NCBI GenBank assembly: GCA_045128835.1
Contig: JBGVRX010000029.1
Coordinates: 51,583-115,582 of the forward strand
Reading direction: 5' to 3'
DNA: 64,000 nt
Source: Bacilli bacterium
GTDB taxonomy: Bacteria > Bacillota_I > Bacilli_A > RFN20 > DUOF01
Part shown: positions 8,715 through 20,279 of the stretch, one piece after another
How positions within the stretch are numbered: position 1 is the stretch's first letter
How the letters are laid out: every line of letters begins with the position of its first letter
Translations under genes and position numbers: made by a program
The notes under the pieces: generated by a model
Seen by the model: the letters and a program-made list of their open reading frames with translations, nothing else
Databases searched by the model: none
What the model was told of the DNA's origin: nothing

Positions 8715-9277
8715 TTTAATTCTCCTAGCAATTTTATTATAAAACTATCATCAATATTTTGCCCATCTATTATAAAATCCATTTCTTCCCTGTTATAATC
8801 ATTTTTCATAACTTCTCTTAAATCAAAATATTCATTAGTGATATTATCTCTTTTTATAACTCTATTCTTTCTTGTTTCATATTTAGTGTCTACTAAAATC
8901 TTATAGTCTAGTAAATTCCAATATTTTGTTTGATCTAAAATAATCCAATCTAAAAACACCTTTTTATCTTTGTTTTCTTTTATTATTCTATCTATAATTT
9001 CATTTTCTATTTTTTCTGTATAATCGTAATATTTTTGATATTTAACCTTATCATTAAAAACAATATTCCCTACTTTTTTTCTATCTAAAACTCCATTAAC
9101 TACAACTGAATTATCTTCTACTATTTTTACTATGTTCTCTACTATCTCTTTATCTTTTAAAATATCATGCCCGATTTTATCAATTTCAACATGAATTATA
9201 CCATCATCAAAAGACATCATTCTCCTAATTAAAGATGACTTTCCTGCTCCTGATTTTCCAACAACACCTATAAGCAT
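8711..9277 (-). CDS. coaE: Dephospho-CoA kinase.
   Basis: N-terminal P-loop MLIGVVGKSGAGKSS. Length of 188 aa and collinear similarity to CoaE (IGLTGGIASGKST...VIDAD...LDRKKLG...). A TATAAT-like -10 and GGAG RBS lie upstream. Confidence 0.7.
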   Translation of the reverse strand: MLIGVVGKSGAGKSSLIRRMMSFDDGIIHVEIDKIGHDILKDKEIVENIVKIVEDNSVVVNGVLDRKKVGNIVFNDKVKYQKYYDYTEKIENEIIDRIIKENKDKKVFLDWIILDQTKYWNLLDYKILVDTKYETRKNRVIKRDNITNEYFDLREVMKNDYNREEMDFIIDGQNIDDSFIIKLLGELK

Positions 9278-9308
9278 AATATCACTCCAAAATTATTATA
9301 CTATTAAT

Positions 9309-9334
9309 AAAAAAAAGAAGGAATAATTCCCTCT
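9309..9334 (-). terminator. Putative rho-independent terminator separating the upstream 248-aa gene from the coaE operon.
   Basis: Hairpin AGAAGG-AATAATT-CCCTCT (minus-strand RNA AGAGGG...CCUUCU) followed by a U-tract (A-run on the plus strand at 9309-9315). Confidence 0.4.
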
Positions 9335-9364
9335 TTTAAAGTGTACACAAGTAAAATATATACC

Positions 9365-10111
9365 CTATTTTTTACCTATATTTACTAGTATATATTCAAG
9401 ATAATTTAAAATTTGTTCTTTATCTTTTCTATCTGATGATTTTACTAGATTAGAATAATCATTTAATTCGTCAAAAGAAAGATTTTCATAGTGACTAGAT
9501 ATATATGCTTCTAACGTCTCTATACTTATTTTATCAGGCGCTAAATTATTTAATACAATCACATCTTTCTTTATTTCACTGCTACACTTTAAATAAAAAT
9601 TAGGATCATTTTTAATAAAGGCGCATTGAACTAAATTAGAACAATTGCATAATAATTCTATATCCTTTTTAGCAAGTTCGTATTGAACCTCTTCAGATGC
9701 ATATTCAAGATAAAATTTATTTTTAAAAACTACTTTATTTTGATTTTTTAAAGAAATCAAAGATAATTTTGATGGGTTATCAAAAGCAAATTTCACTTGA
9801 GCATCATCACTAGCGTATTTAACTTTATTATTGTTCTTTTCAATAATTTGAACTTGCAAATCTTCACTTAAAAGATGAAAATTCTCATTATTAACTATTT
9901 GCACTTGAATTTTATAACTTAAAAATTTAATAACCTCTGGTTCTAAATCAGCTAATTCTTTAACAACATTTAGATCTAATAATTCTAACTTTTTTCCCAA
10001 CTCATTTAAAATTAATTCATTATATTTTAGCTCACCAGAAAAAGTTTTCCACTCATCAATAGTAAATCCTTTTTTTAATTTTTTCAATGCAACTTTTTCT
10101 GTTTTTTTCAT
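9365..10111 (-). CDS. Hypothetical protein, 248 aa.
   Basis: Long ORF with no recognisable motif. Internal repeat IQVQIVNNENFHLLSEDLQVQIIEKNN. Lies 26 nt downstream of the 665-aa gene. Confidence 0.35.
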   Translation of the reverse strand: MKKTEKVALKKLKKGFTIDEWKTFSGELKYNELILNELGKKLELLDLNVVKELADLEPEVIKFLSYKIQVQIVNNENFHLLSEDLQVQIIEKNNNKVKYASDDAQVKFAFDNPSKLSLISLKNQNKVVFKNKFYLEYASEEVQYELAKKDIELLCNCSNLVQCAFIKNDPNFYLKCSSEIKKDVIVLNNLAPDKISIETLEAYISSHYENLSFDELNDYSNLVKSSDRKDKEQILNYLEYILVNIGKK

Positions 10112-10137
10112 AATTATTCCTACCTTTATAATGGCTA

Positions 10138-12135
10138 TTATCTTTTGCCTATAACATCTTTATCTGTCGCTAAACTTTCGCTAGAAACTTTCACATCACT
10201 TTCACTTACTTCACTTTGTAATAAATGCTCATTATTTTTCATTGCCAGCTTCATTCTATTTCTCTTTGCAAGTACTGTATATTGTTGCTTCTTTACAACC
10301 ACTATAGGCATCTTCCACCCTTTAGGCTTTAAACCGTTTTCAACACAATACTTAGTAAATGCTTCTGCAGCTTTTGCTTGAACATCACCAATCTCATCAC
10401 TACACAAAATGGCACTTGGAATGGTTTTACCACCAAATTCTTTGCTGTCCTCAAAATCAAATCTATCAATATCAACTTCGTTATAATTGCCCAAAGCTGT
10501 GTTTTTAATTAATTTATCAGCTACCATAAACCTTGCGCTATCACTAACTTCCACATCACTAACTCTAGCTTCCTTTGAACTGTTGATATCAGAAGGACTC
10601 ATAACAAGAATTTTTGCCTTATCAAACAAATAAGTTACTTGGACATCATCACATCCAAACAATTTATTATATTTATTAAATTCTAAATTATTTAAGCAAT
10701 CTTGATTTGTATATGAGCAACAAATGTGTGATGCTCCATTTTCGTATTCAAACCAAGAAGATGCAAAATCTCCTACAACACTATTTCCTGATAACCCTTT
10801 AACAAAATTTGTGGTAGATAAGAACGAGAAATCTGCTCCATCAAAAACATACACCGGAGAGTTAATAGCGGTTCCCTCTATTGTTTTTGGACTTTTAGCT
10901 ACATAAATTCCCTCTTCTAATCCATTGGCTCTTTTTTCAATTGACTCTACAGTCGATATTGTCTTCATCATGTTATTTTCAAATGCCAATGGCAATTTAT
11001 CAACAATATTTAAATAGTTTCCTTCAACAGTATTTCCTCTTTTTTCAAGGTATTCTGCATATTGCAAAAGTTTATAATAGTCTTCTTTAGAAGTAACACC
11101 TTCTGCAAAATCCAATATTTTAATTAGTCCTTTAATACCTTCAATTTCTTCACTTGTAAAAATAGAAGCAACATTATCTTCGTTATTCACAATAGATTCC
11201 ATATCAAAATATTCCTTCATAATTTGAGGTTTATTTTGAGACAAATAATAGGCCCACTTTCTATGTCCCAACATATCTAATGCATAATAGTTTCTAAAAA
11301 TAGCATCTGCTAAAAGGTTGGCAGCCTCTTTGCTGTCTCCTTGTTTCAATGCAACTTCTGCTTTCGTCTTTGCTAGTAAATACACCTTATTTTTGTTTTC
11401 GAAGAAATTATTTAGACCTTTAACGCTATGTACATTATATGGATTATCTATATCCTTAAATATTTCTATTAAAGAACTTTTTTGAACATCTGTAATTTTT
11501 TTATTATTTTTTCTTAAATCTCTAATAAGTGGTTGATATTCCTTAAATTCTCTAACCATTTTTTCAAAATTCACTCTAGAAAAATCTATATTTTTCTCAT
11601 AAAAATGATATAAATATTTAAAATCAGCCATTTTTTCCTTGTCAGTTAAAATGTCTTTAACAAGAATTAAAGAATGTGGTTTCAAATTTAAATTAAGTAT
11701 TTTATTAACAAAATCTTCACTTAAATTATCGAATACCTCTTGATGTAACACATGAATTTCACTAGCATTAAAAACATTAATATTCTTTCTTTGTTTTAAA
11801 ATTTTTACGGCTGATTTTCCAAAATGATTTCCTACAATTTTTAAAAAGGTTTGATGAGTTTTACTATTAATTTGCTCATCATTCATATAATTAAACGCAT
11901 TGGAAACATTACCATTATACTTATTATTTTCCACGCCAAAAATTCCTTTTTCTACATCCTCATTAATAGCGTCTATCAATTTATTTATTTCTTTTTTAGG
12001 AACGGAAGAAATTATTGATCTTTCAAAAAAATTAGCCACTAAAGGGCGTATTCTTTTGTCTTTTATTTTCAATAAATAGTAATTTAATCCAGGGTAATTC
12101 GCATTACTAAAATCAAAAACATTGTTTTTGCTCAT
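10138..12135 (-). CDS. Hypothetical protein, 665 aa.
   Basis: Long ORF with no recognisable catalytic motif. Its C-terminal half contains a Cys/aromatic-rich segment (GASHICCSYTNQDC...GCDD). Confidence 0.4.
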   Translation of the reverse strand: MSKNNVFDFSNANYPGLNYYLLKIKDKRIRPLVANFFERSIISSVPKKEINKLIDAINEDVEKGIFGVENNKYNGNVSNAFNYMNDEQINSKTHQTFLKIVGNHFGKSAVKILKQRKNINVFNASEIHVLHQEVFDNLSEDFVNKILNLNLKPHSLILVKDILTDKEKMADFKYLYHFYEKNIDFSRVNFEKMVREFKEYQPLIRDLRKNNKKITDVQKSSLIEIFKDIDNPYNVHSVKGLNNFFENKNKVYLLAKTKAEVALKQGDSKEAANLLADAIFRNYYALDMLGHRKWAYYLSQNKPQIMKEYFDMESIVNNEDNVASIFTSEEIEGIKGLIKILDFAEGVTSKEDYYKLLQYAEYLEKRGNTVEGNYLNIVDKLPLAFENNMMKTISTVESIEKRANGLEEGIYVAKSPKTIEGTAINSPVYVFDGADFSFLSTTNFVKGLSGNSVVGDFASSWFEYENGASHICCSYTNQDCLNNLEFNKYNKLFGCDDVQVTYLFDKAKILVMSPSDINSSKEARVSDVEVSDSARFMVADKLIKNTALGNYNEVDIDRFDFEDSKEFGGKTIPSAILCSDEIGDVQAKAAEAFTKYCVENGLKPKGWKMPIVVVKKQQYTVLAKRNRMKLAMKNNEHLLQSEVSESDVKVSSESLATDKDVIGKR

Positions 12136-12220
12136 AATAAATCACCCCTATCTATTATCTATATTTTAACACTTACTTTAGGTATTTCCTATTTTTTAAA
12201 ATGTTTTACACATTATTTAT

Positions 12221-12245
12221 AAAAAAAAGTGCTTAATTAGCACTT
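12221..12245 (-). terminator. Rho-independent terminator overlapping the stop codon of the GtrA-like gene.
   Basis: Palindrome AGTGCTTAATTAGCACT preceded on the plus strand by AAAAAAAA, giving a U-tract after the hairpin in minus-strand RNA. Confidence 0.5.
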
Positions 12246-12664
12246 TCTTCAACTTTATTAACTTTTGTTTCAATACTGTCTTTGAATACATAATATCTTT
12301 GATACAAATATTCTGTAGCAAAGTTAAGAACCATTGTTCCTATTAAAATAACATATTCATTAACGTGTGGCTCTAACCACGCTCCTGCTAGTGTTGTAAC
12401 AGGAATAAACACTACATAAAATAACAATGTTTTTGTCATAGCAATAGGAACATTGCTTGCAGATTTAAATGTAAATTCTCTATTTAATGTAAAATTCCAA
12501 ATAACAGACAATACAACTGAAATCAAGTATTGAACCCAATATCCACTCTTAAATACAAGTTCATTTAAAAGTGTAAATGAACCTATTTGAATTATTCCTG
12601 CTGATAAAGAGAACAAAGTAAACTTTATAACTCTCAATAACTCTTTTTTCTTATTTTCTTCCAT
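12233..12664 (-). CDS. GtrA-family membrane protein.
   Basis: 143 aa with four predicted TM helices. The N-terminal LRVIKFTLFSLSAGIIQIGSFTLL resembles GtrA-like proteins. Confidence 0.45.
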   Translation of the reverse strand: MEENKKKELLRVIKFTLFSLSAGIIQIGSFTLLNELVFKSGYWVQYLISVVLSVIWNFTLNREFTFKSASNVPIAMTKTLLFYVVFIPVTTLAGAWLEPHVNEYVILIGTMVLNFATEYLYQRYYVFKDSIETKVNKVEESAN

Positions 12665-12666
12665 AT

Positions 12667-13032
12667 TTACTCCTCTATAGTTCTTGTAGCAACAATATCA
12701 ACACCTAAGTCCATTACATTACTTACAATAACATCTTTCACTTTGATTGGTGCACTAACTTCAATATTATCTAAGTAACGCACAATTTCTTGAACTTTAT
12801 CTTTTGGTACATCTCCACTTGTAATAACAGGTAATCTTCTAACAAGTTTAGAATTAATTTTAACTGTTGATGTTAAAGTTCTTTTAGGATCGACAGCTTC
12901 TTGTTTTCCATACTTTTCTCCTCTTATACAAGTATGTCCAGTAACATTACCATTGTCATCAACTTTCAAATGACATCCTTTAGGACAAACAATACAAATA
13001 AATTCTTTCATTTTATCTATCCTCCACTTCAA
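12667..13032 (-). CDS. DUF1667 domain protein, a Cys-rich partner of glycerol-3-phosphate dehydrogenase operons.
   Basis: CIVCPKGCHLKV...GHTCIRGEKYG metal-binding motifs. Position downstream of the two FAD oxidoreductases matches the conserved Firmicutes cluster. Confidence 0.55.
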   Translation of the reverse strand: MKWRIDKMKEFICIVCPKGCHLKVDDNGNVTGHTCIRGEKYGKQEAVDPKRTLTSTVKINSKLVRRLPVITSGDVPKDKVQEIVRYLDNIEVSAPIKVKDVIVSNVMDLGVDIVATRTIEE

Positions 13033-14266
13033 TTACTAGTTTACCTTCATTAGTAGTAAATTCTTCTTTCTTTACTACAATTGTTTCCATTTCTGCTGGA
13101 AGCAAATGAAGTTTAACTACACTTTTTATAACTTGATCATTAAGTTTAATAACAACTTTTTTGTTTTCCATAGGGCCTCTAACTCTAAATTTAAATTCTA
13201 CATTTTCATCAATGTTTTCTTTGTTTATAATTTGAGGAATAATATAGCTAATGCCTGTGCCTGGTACACAATCTATTTTTTTATCACTTCTTGTTACTAA
13301 TCCTTTTAAGTATTTACTAGCACCTTTACCAGCTGCTCTACCTTCTTTAGTAACAAAATCAACTAAGTCATGAACATGCAAACTATTACCACAAGCAAAA
13401 ATTCCTTCTTTAGTAGTCTCCATCATTTCATTAACAATAGGTCCTCTTGTTGAGCTCATTGCCATACCCATATCTTCTAATAAAACATTTGATGGAAGTA
13501 ATCCTACAGATAAAAGCAATGTATCAACATCAAACTCTATTTCAGTACCTGGAATGAAATTAAACTTTTCATCAACCTTACTTATAACAACCTTTTCAAT
13601 TCTATCTTTACCAATAATATTACTTACTGAATGAGATAAATATAAAGGAATATCAAAATCATTTAAACATTGTACAATGTTACGGTTCAATCCATTAGAA
13701 TACGGCATTAATTCTGCTACTCCTAATACTTTAGCACCTTCCAAAGTCATTCTTCTTGCCATAATAAGTCCAATATCTCCACTACCTAATATGAACACTC
13801 TTTTACCAACTAAATAACCATCAATATTTAAATATCTTTGAGCAAGACCAGCACTCATAATTCCACTAGGTCTCTCTCCAGGAATTGCAATAGCACCTCT
13901 TGTTCTTTCACTACATCCAGTAGACATAACTATCGCTTTTGCTTTAATAACACAATATCCATCTTTATCATTTGAATAAATAATTGTTTTGTCTTCATTA
14001 ATACCTAAAACCATTGTATCTACTTTATATTCAATACCACACTCTTTAAATTTATCAACAAATCTTTGAGCATATTCAGGACCTGCTAACTGTTCTTTAA
14101 ACTCATGCAAACCAAATCCATTGTGAATACATTGAAGTAAAATACCACCTAAATATTTTTCTTTTTCTAAAAGAAGAATACTTTTAATTCCTTCTTCATA
14201 AGCAGTTAAGGCTGCAGCTAAACCAGCACTTCCTCCACCAACTACAACTAAATCATATTCTCTCAT
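13013..14266 (-). CDS. NAD(P)/FAD-dependent oxidoreductase of the pyridine nucleotide-disulfide family. Partner of the anaerobic glycerol-3-phosphate dehydrogenase.
   Basis: Rossmann motif YDLVVVGGGSAGLAAA. A second dinucleotide motif VFILGSGDIGL. The start is trimmed to the internal MREYDLVVVGGG, which abuts the stop of the upstream gene. Confidence 0.7.
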   Translation of the reverse strand: MREYDLVVVGGGSAGLAAALTAYEEGIKSILLLEKEKYLGGILLQCIHNGFGLHEFKEQLAGPEYAQRFVDKFKECGIEYKVDTMVLGINEDKTIIYSNDKDGYCVIKAKAIVMSTGCSERTRGAIAIPGERPSGIMSAGLAQRYLNIDGYLVGKRVFILGSGDIGLIMARRMTLEGAKVLGVAELMPYSNGLNRNIVQCLNDFDIPLYLSHSVSNIIGKDRIEKVVISKVDEKFNFIPGTEIEFDVDTLLLSVGLLPSNVLLEDMGMAMSSTRGPIVNEMMETTKEGIFACGNSLHVHDLVDFVTKEGRAAGKGASKYLKGLVTRSDKKIDCVPGTGISYIIPQIINKENIDENVEFKFRVRGPMENKKVVIKLNDQVIKSVVKLHLLPAEMETIVVKKEEFTTNEGKLVIEVEDR

Positions 14267-14267
14267 G

Positions 14268-15692
14268 TTATTTTCCCTCCTTTGTTTCGCTTTGCAAGAT
14301 GTATGAATCTTTTGAATCATAGCGGACATTTAAAGGATTTAAATTTAACTCTCTAGCAAGAATTTCTACTACTAATGGTTCACAGAAACCACCTTGACAT
14401 TTTCCAAAACCTGGACGACATCTTTTCTTAACCCCTTTAATTGTTCTAGCTCCAGCATTTCTTCTAATGCAATCTACAACTTCACCTTCACTAATACCTT
14501 CACATCTACAAATAATATGACCATAGGCAGGGTTATTTCTAATAAGTTCATTTCTTTCTTCAATACTCATTTTATTAAGTCTAATAACTTTTCTTCTAAA
14601 TGGATTGAAGTTGTTATTTTTCTCTAAATCCAATACACCATTAACTAATTTAACAGCTTCCTTAGCAATTGCAGGAGCACTTGCAAGTCCTGGAGATTCA
14701 ATACCACCTAGATTTACAAAACCATCTACTTCTTCAATAACAAAATCATGAGTAGAACCAGTTGCTCTTAAACCACTGAATTGTCTTATAATATAACCGA
14801 AAGGAATATCTCTAACTAATTTTGTTGAACTACTTCTAACGTTATCTAAAGTTAACTTATCTGTAGATAAGTCTTCTTTATCATCAACAAACTCACTACT
14901 TGGCCCAACCAAATAATTTCCGTGAGTTGTAGGAGTAACCAAAATTCCTTTTCCTTTTTCTGTAGGAACAGGGAAAATAACATGGCTTACAAAAGGTTTC
15001 TCAAAGTGATCCAAAACAAAATATTCACCTTTTCTAGGAGTTATTTCGAAATGATTAATTCCTGCCATTTTAGAAATCTTATCACTATATAACCCTGCAG
15101 CATTTACAACAACCTTAGCTTCATATTCAGTTTTATTTGTCTTAACAATATATTTATCAGATAATTTTCCTATTTCTACAACTTCTTCATTTAATAAAAT
15201 ATCTACACCATTATCCATTGCATTTTCACATAAAGCTACACATAACTCAAATGGATTAATAATTCCTGCAGTAGGAGCATATAAAGATCCAATTACCGCA
15301 TCACTAACATATGGTTCTATTTTCTTTGTTTCTTCTTTATTTAATATTTTAACTTCAACATTATTTTCCTTTGCTCTAGGAAGATAACTTTCAATAATTT
15401 TCATTTCTTCTTCATCAGTAGCGCAAGTTAAAGAACCAATTCTTTTAAATTCAACATCCAACTCTTTAGTTAATAAGTCGTACATTGCATTTCCTTCAAC
15501 ATTATATTTAGCTTTATTTGTTCCTGGTTTTGGATCATATCCTGAGTGAACAATTGCACTGTTTGCCATTGAGGTAACGTTACCAACATCACTTTCTTTA
15601 TCTAAAACCAAAACTTTTGCTTTATATTTTGATAACTCTCTAGCTACACTGGCACCTATTACTCCAGCACCAATAATAATTACATCATACAT
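14268..15692 (-). CDS. FAD-dependent glycerol-3-phosphate dehydrogenase/oxidase (GlpA/GlpD family) with a C-terminal BFD-like [2Fe-2S] domain.
   Basis: N-terminal MYDVIIIGAGVIGASVAREL. C-terminal Cys motifs CRCEGISEGEV...CRPGFGKCQGGFC. Sits next to glpK. Confidence 0.7.
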   Translation of the reverse strand: MYDVIIIGAGVIGASVARELSKYKAKVLVLDKESDVGNVTSMANSAIVHSGYDPKPGTNKAKYNVEGNAMYDLLTKELDVEFKRIGSLTCATDEEEMKIIESYLPRAKENNVEVKILNKEETKKIEPYVSDAVIGSLYAPTAGIINPFELCVALCENAMDNGVDILLNEEVVEIGKLSDKYIVKTNKTEYEAKVVVNAAGLYSDKISKMAGINHFEITPRKGEYFVLDHFEKPFVSHVIFPVPTEKGKGILVTPTTHGNYLVGPSSEFVDDKEDLSTDKLTLDNVRSSSTKLVRDIPFGYIIRQFSGLRATGSTHDFVIEEVDGFVNLGGIESPGLASAPAIAKEAVKLVNGVLDLEKNNNFNPFRRKVIRLNKMSIEERNELIRNNPAYGHIICRCEGISEGEVVDCIRRNAGARTIKGVKKRCRPGFGKCQGGFCEPLVVEILARELNLNPLNVRYDSKDSYILQSETKEGK

Positions 15693-15709
15693 AAGTTATA
15701 TCTCCTTCC

Positions 15710-18048
<2,339 letters not shown>

Positions 18049-18142
18049 TATCTCACTCCTTTTATTTAACCTGTCTTCTCTTTAATTTAATTATACTATT
18101 ATTATTTAGTTTCCCCTAGAATTTAAAAGATATTTTTTACAC

Positions 18143-18166
18143 AAAAAAAACACAGATTTCTGTGTT
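18143..18166 (-). terminator. Rho-independent terminator downstream of the zinc-ribbon membrane protein gene.
   Basis: AACACAG-ATTT-CTGTGTT hairpin preceded on the plus strand by AAAAAAAA (a U-tract in minus RNA). Confidence 0.5.
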
Positions 18167-18196
18167 TTCATTGTTTAATTACTTAAATAAAATTAC

Positions 18197-18583
18197 CTAT
18201 TGAGGCATATTTGGAATATTCGCAAACAATTCAGGTTTTAATAACACAAGTGCTACTAAAGCTGCAGACAAAATAAATGCAAACAATGCCACTAATAGTT
18301 GTGCTCTAGCAAATCCTTTCTTTGTTAAATCTTGTGTAGAACCAAAGGCCCATTTAAAGATTAGAACGATTTGAATGATACTACCAATTAAAGGAATACA
18401 TGGTAACAAATAGAAACCAATCCATCTCCACGCTGTTAATGGTTTTTCTCCCTCTGCTTGTCTTTCCTCTTTAACATAGTTCACTTTAGTATCATATTTT
18501 TCTACTGGTGTTCCACAAAAGGCACAATTACTAGCGTAACTCTCTAACTTACCTCCACACTTTTGGCAAAACATACGAATCAC
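18197..18583 (-). CDS. Zinc-ribbon domain membrane protein.
   Basis: N-terminal CQKCGG...CAFCG zinc ribbon followed by two or three TM helices. Confidence 0.4.
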   Translation of the reverse strand: MIRMFCQKCGGKLESYASNCAFCGTPVEKYDTKVNYVKEERQAEGEKPLTAWRWIGFYLLPCIPLIGSIIQIVLIFKWAFGSTQDLTKKGFARAQLLVALFAFILSAALVALVLLKPELFANIPNMPQ

Positions 18584-18673
18584 TCCTTTTTCTTATTATA
18601 ATTCTTTTTTCCTTATTTTTACAATTAATTTTAAAGATAAGTGGATTAATTGTTATGAATTCTATTTTAACAA

Positions 18674-18697
18674 TAAAAAAAGAGCCGTTTGGCCCTT
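18674..18697 (-). terminator. Rho-independent terminator downstream of hpf.
   Basis: AAGAGCC-GTTT-GGCCCTT hairpin (with a G-U pair) preceded on the plus strand by an A-run. Confidence 0.45.
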
Positions 18698-18706
18698 CTT
18701 TATAAA

Positions 18707-19240
18707 TTACTCAACTTCGATTAAACCGTATCCGCCGTTTCTACGTCTATAAACAACAGCATAGTTTTCATTTTCGCTATCTTTATAAATATAGAAATCA
18801 TGTCCTAACATAGTCATGTTAGCAATTGCTTGGTCTAAATCCATAACGTCAACGCTGATAACTTTAGTTTTTACTAAAATTTCTTTTTCGTCTTTCTTTT
18901 CCTCACTAATTTCATCTAATGCTAAAACGCTTCCTAAATGTTCTTTATTTTTTCTGTTCATTTTAGTCTTAGCTTTTCTTAATTGTGATTCTAATTTTTC
19001 AACAGCTTCATCAACACCGTTGTAAATATTTTCGTTGATAACTTCTGCTCTTAGAACAGCAACTTTTGTAGGGATAGTAACTTCAATTTTTTGTCCTACT
19101 TTGTAAGTTCTAACTAATACTCTACATTCAACGTCTTCACCAACGATGAAAAACTTTTCTAATACTTTTAATTTATCTTCGATAACATTTTTCATTGCCT
19201 CAGTTACTTCAATATTTTTTCCAACTACTTGATACTTCAT
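18707..19240 (-). CDS. hpf: Ribosome hibernation promoting factor (long form).
   Basis: MKYQVVGKNIEVTEAMKNVIEDKLKVLEKFF matches the HPF/RaiA N-domain. Length 177 aa. Confidence 0.8.
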   Translation of the reverse strand: MKYQVVGKNIEVTEAMKNVIEDKLKVLEKFFIVGEDVECRVLVRTYKVGQKIEVTIPTKVAVLRAEVINENIYNGVDEAVEKLESQLRKAKTKMNRKNKEHLGSVLALDEISEEKKDEKEILVKTKVISVDVMDLDQAIANMTMLGHDFYIYKDSENENYAVVYRRRNGGYGLIEVE

Positions 19241-19329
19241 AATTATTCCTCCTTAACTAACGCATAGTAATATTAACATAATATTTTCCTTAATACAATA
19301 TTTACAAAACAAATTAAATGATTATTTAA

Positions 19330-20271
19330 TTACATTTTAAATACTTTATTATTGTTTTTTAATTCCTCTACAATACCTAAGATTATTTCAATTTCATCAT
19401 ATAATTTCTCAAACATTGATAAATCATTGTTTAACTTATAACCACTTAGTTCAAACATATTAACTTTTTCTGAACCTATATAAACATATCTATCAACAAA
19501 AACAATCTTAATTCCTTTTATCTTACTATCTAAAAGGCTTATTTTTTCCATCATATCTGGCGTTAATATATACCTCGCCTCAACTTGATTATTAGAAGTT
19601 ATTTTAAACTTTTTATTAAAGTTAATGTCCTCTAAAACTACCTTTTCAAACTCAACGCCTCTTCTTTTATACTTAGAATCAATGGCTAAGATACACTTGA
19701 ATTTTTTCTTAAATTTAACATAACCAAACATTCCCTTATAAACATCTGTTGTAGTTCTGTTGCCTTCTTCATCTATACTGAGATCATAAGCATTTACATC
19801 AGCAATTGCTAAATCTATTTTTGACTCACTACCATCATCGTTTGGGATATTAATACATAACAAGTCTCCAGAAGTAAAACAATCATATCTTTTTGAAAAT
19901 TGACTAGCCTCAAACTCTGAAGAACTAATCCACCCACTTTTATCAAAATAATATGAATTGTCTTTTAGTAAATAAGCAATTAATTTTTCTCTTACTTCTC
20001 CCCTGTAAAACTTAAGCATTTTATTTCTTTTAACTATCATAACAATAGATAAAATAATCATAACTACACCGATAATAAGTGCCTTGGGTAATCTCTTCAT
20101 ATAAACAATTAAAGGGATTTGAAAGAGCCCTTTCAAGCAAAGCAATGAACCTATAATTATTAATATAATAAAAGCTACCAAGCACCAAACCGATAAAAGT
20201 CTTCTATCACCTTTATCATTACTATCAATTGTCTTTTTTACATATTCCAAATATTCTTCTTTACTTACCAT
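19330..20271 (-). CDS. LemA-associated membrane protein, possibly DUF3137-like. Paralog A.
   Basis: 313 aa with N-terminal TM helices. Shares the MVSKEEY... start and ...NNNKVFKM end with the neighbouring paralog. Confidence 0.45.
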   Translation of the reverse strand: MVSKEEYLEYVKKTIDSNDKGDRRLLSVWCLVAFIILIIIGSLLCLKGLFQIPLIVYMKRLPKALIIGVVMIILSIVMIVKRNKMLKFYRGEVREKLIAYLLKDNSYYFDKSGWISSSEFEASQFSKRYDCFTSGDLLCINIPNDDGSESKIDLAIADVNAYDLSIDEEGNRTTTDVYKGMFGYVKFKKKFKCILAIDSKYKRRGVEFEKVVLEDINFNKKFKITSNNQVEARYILTPDMMEKISLLDSKIKGIKIVFVDRYVYIGSEKVNMFELSGYKLNNDLSMFEKLYDEIEIILGIVEELKNNNKVFKM

Positions 20272-20279
20272 GAAATCAC

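Noticed and set aside
8711-9277. P-loop NTPase at the head of the helicase operon, as a possible defence-associated kinase.
   Set aside because: A collinear match to dephospho-CoA kinase over the full length (P-loop, DRKKLG region, lid) makes housekeeping coaE the better call. Its role in the operon may be simply as an upstream cistron.
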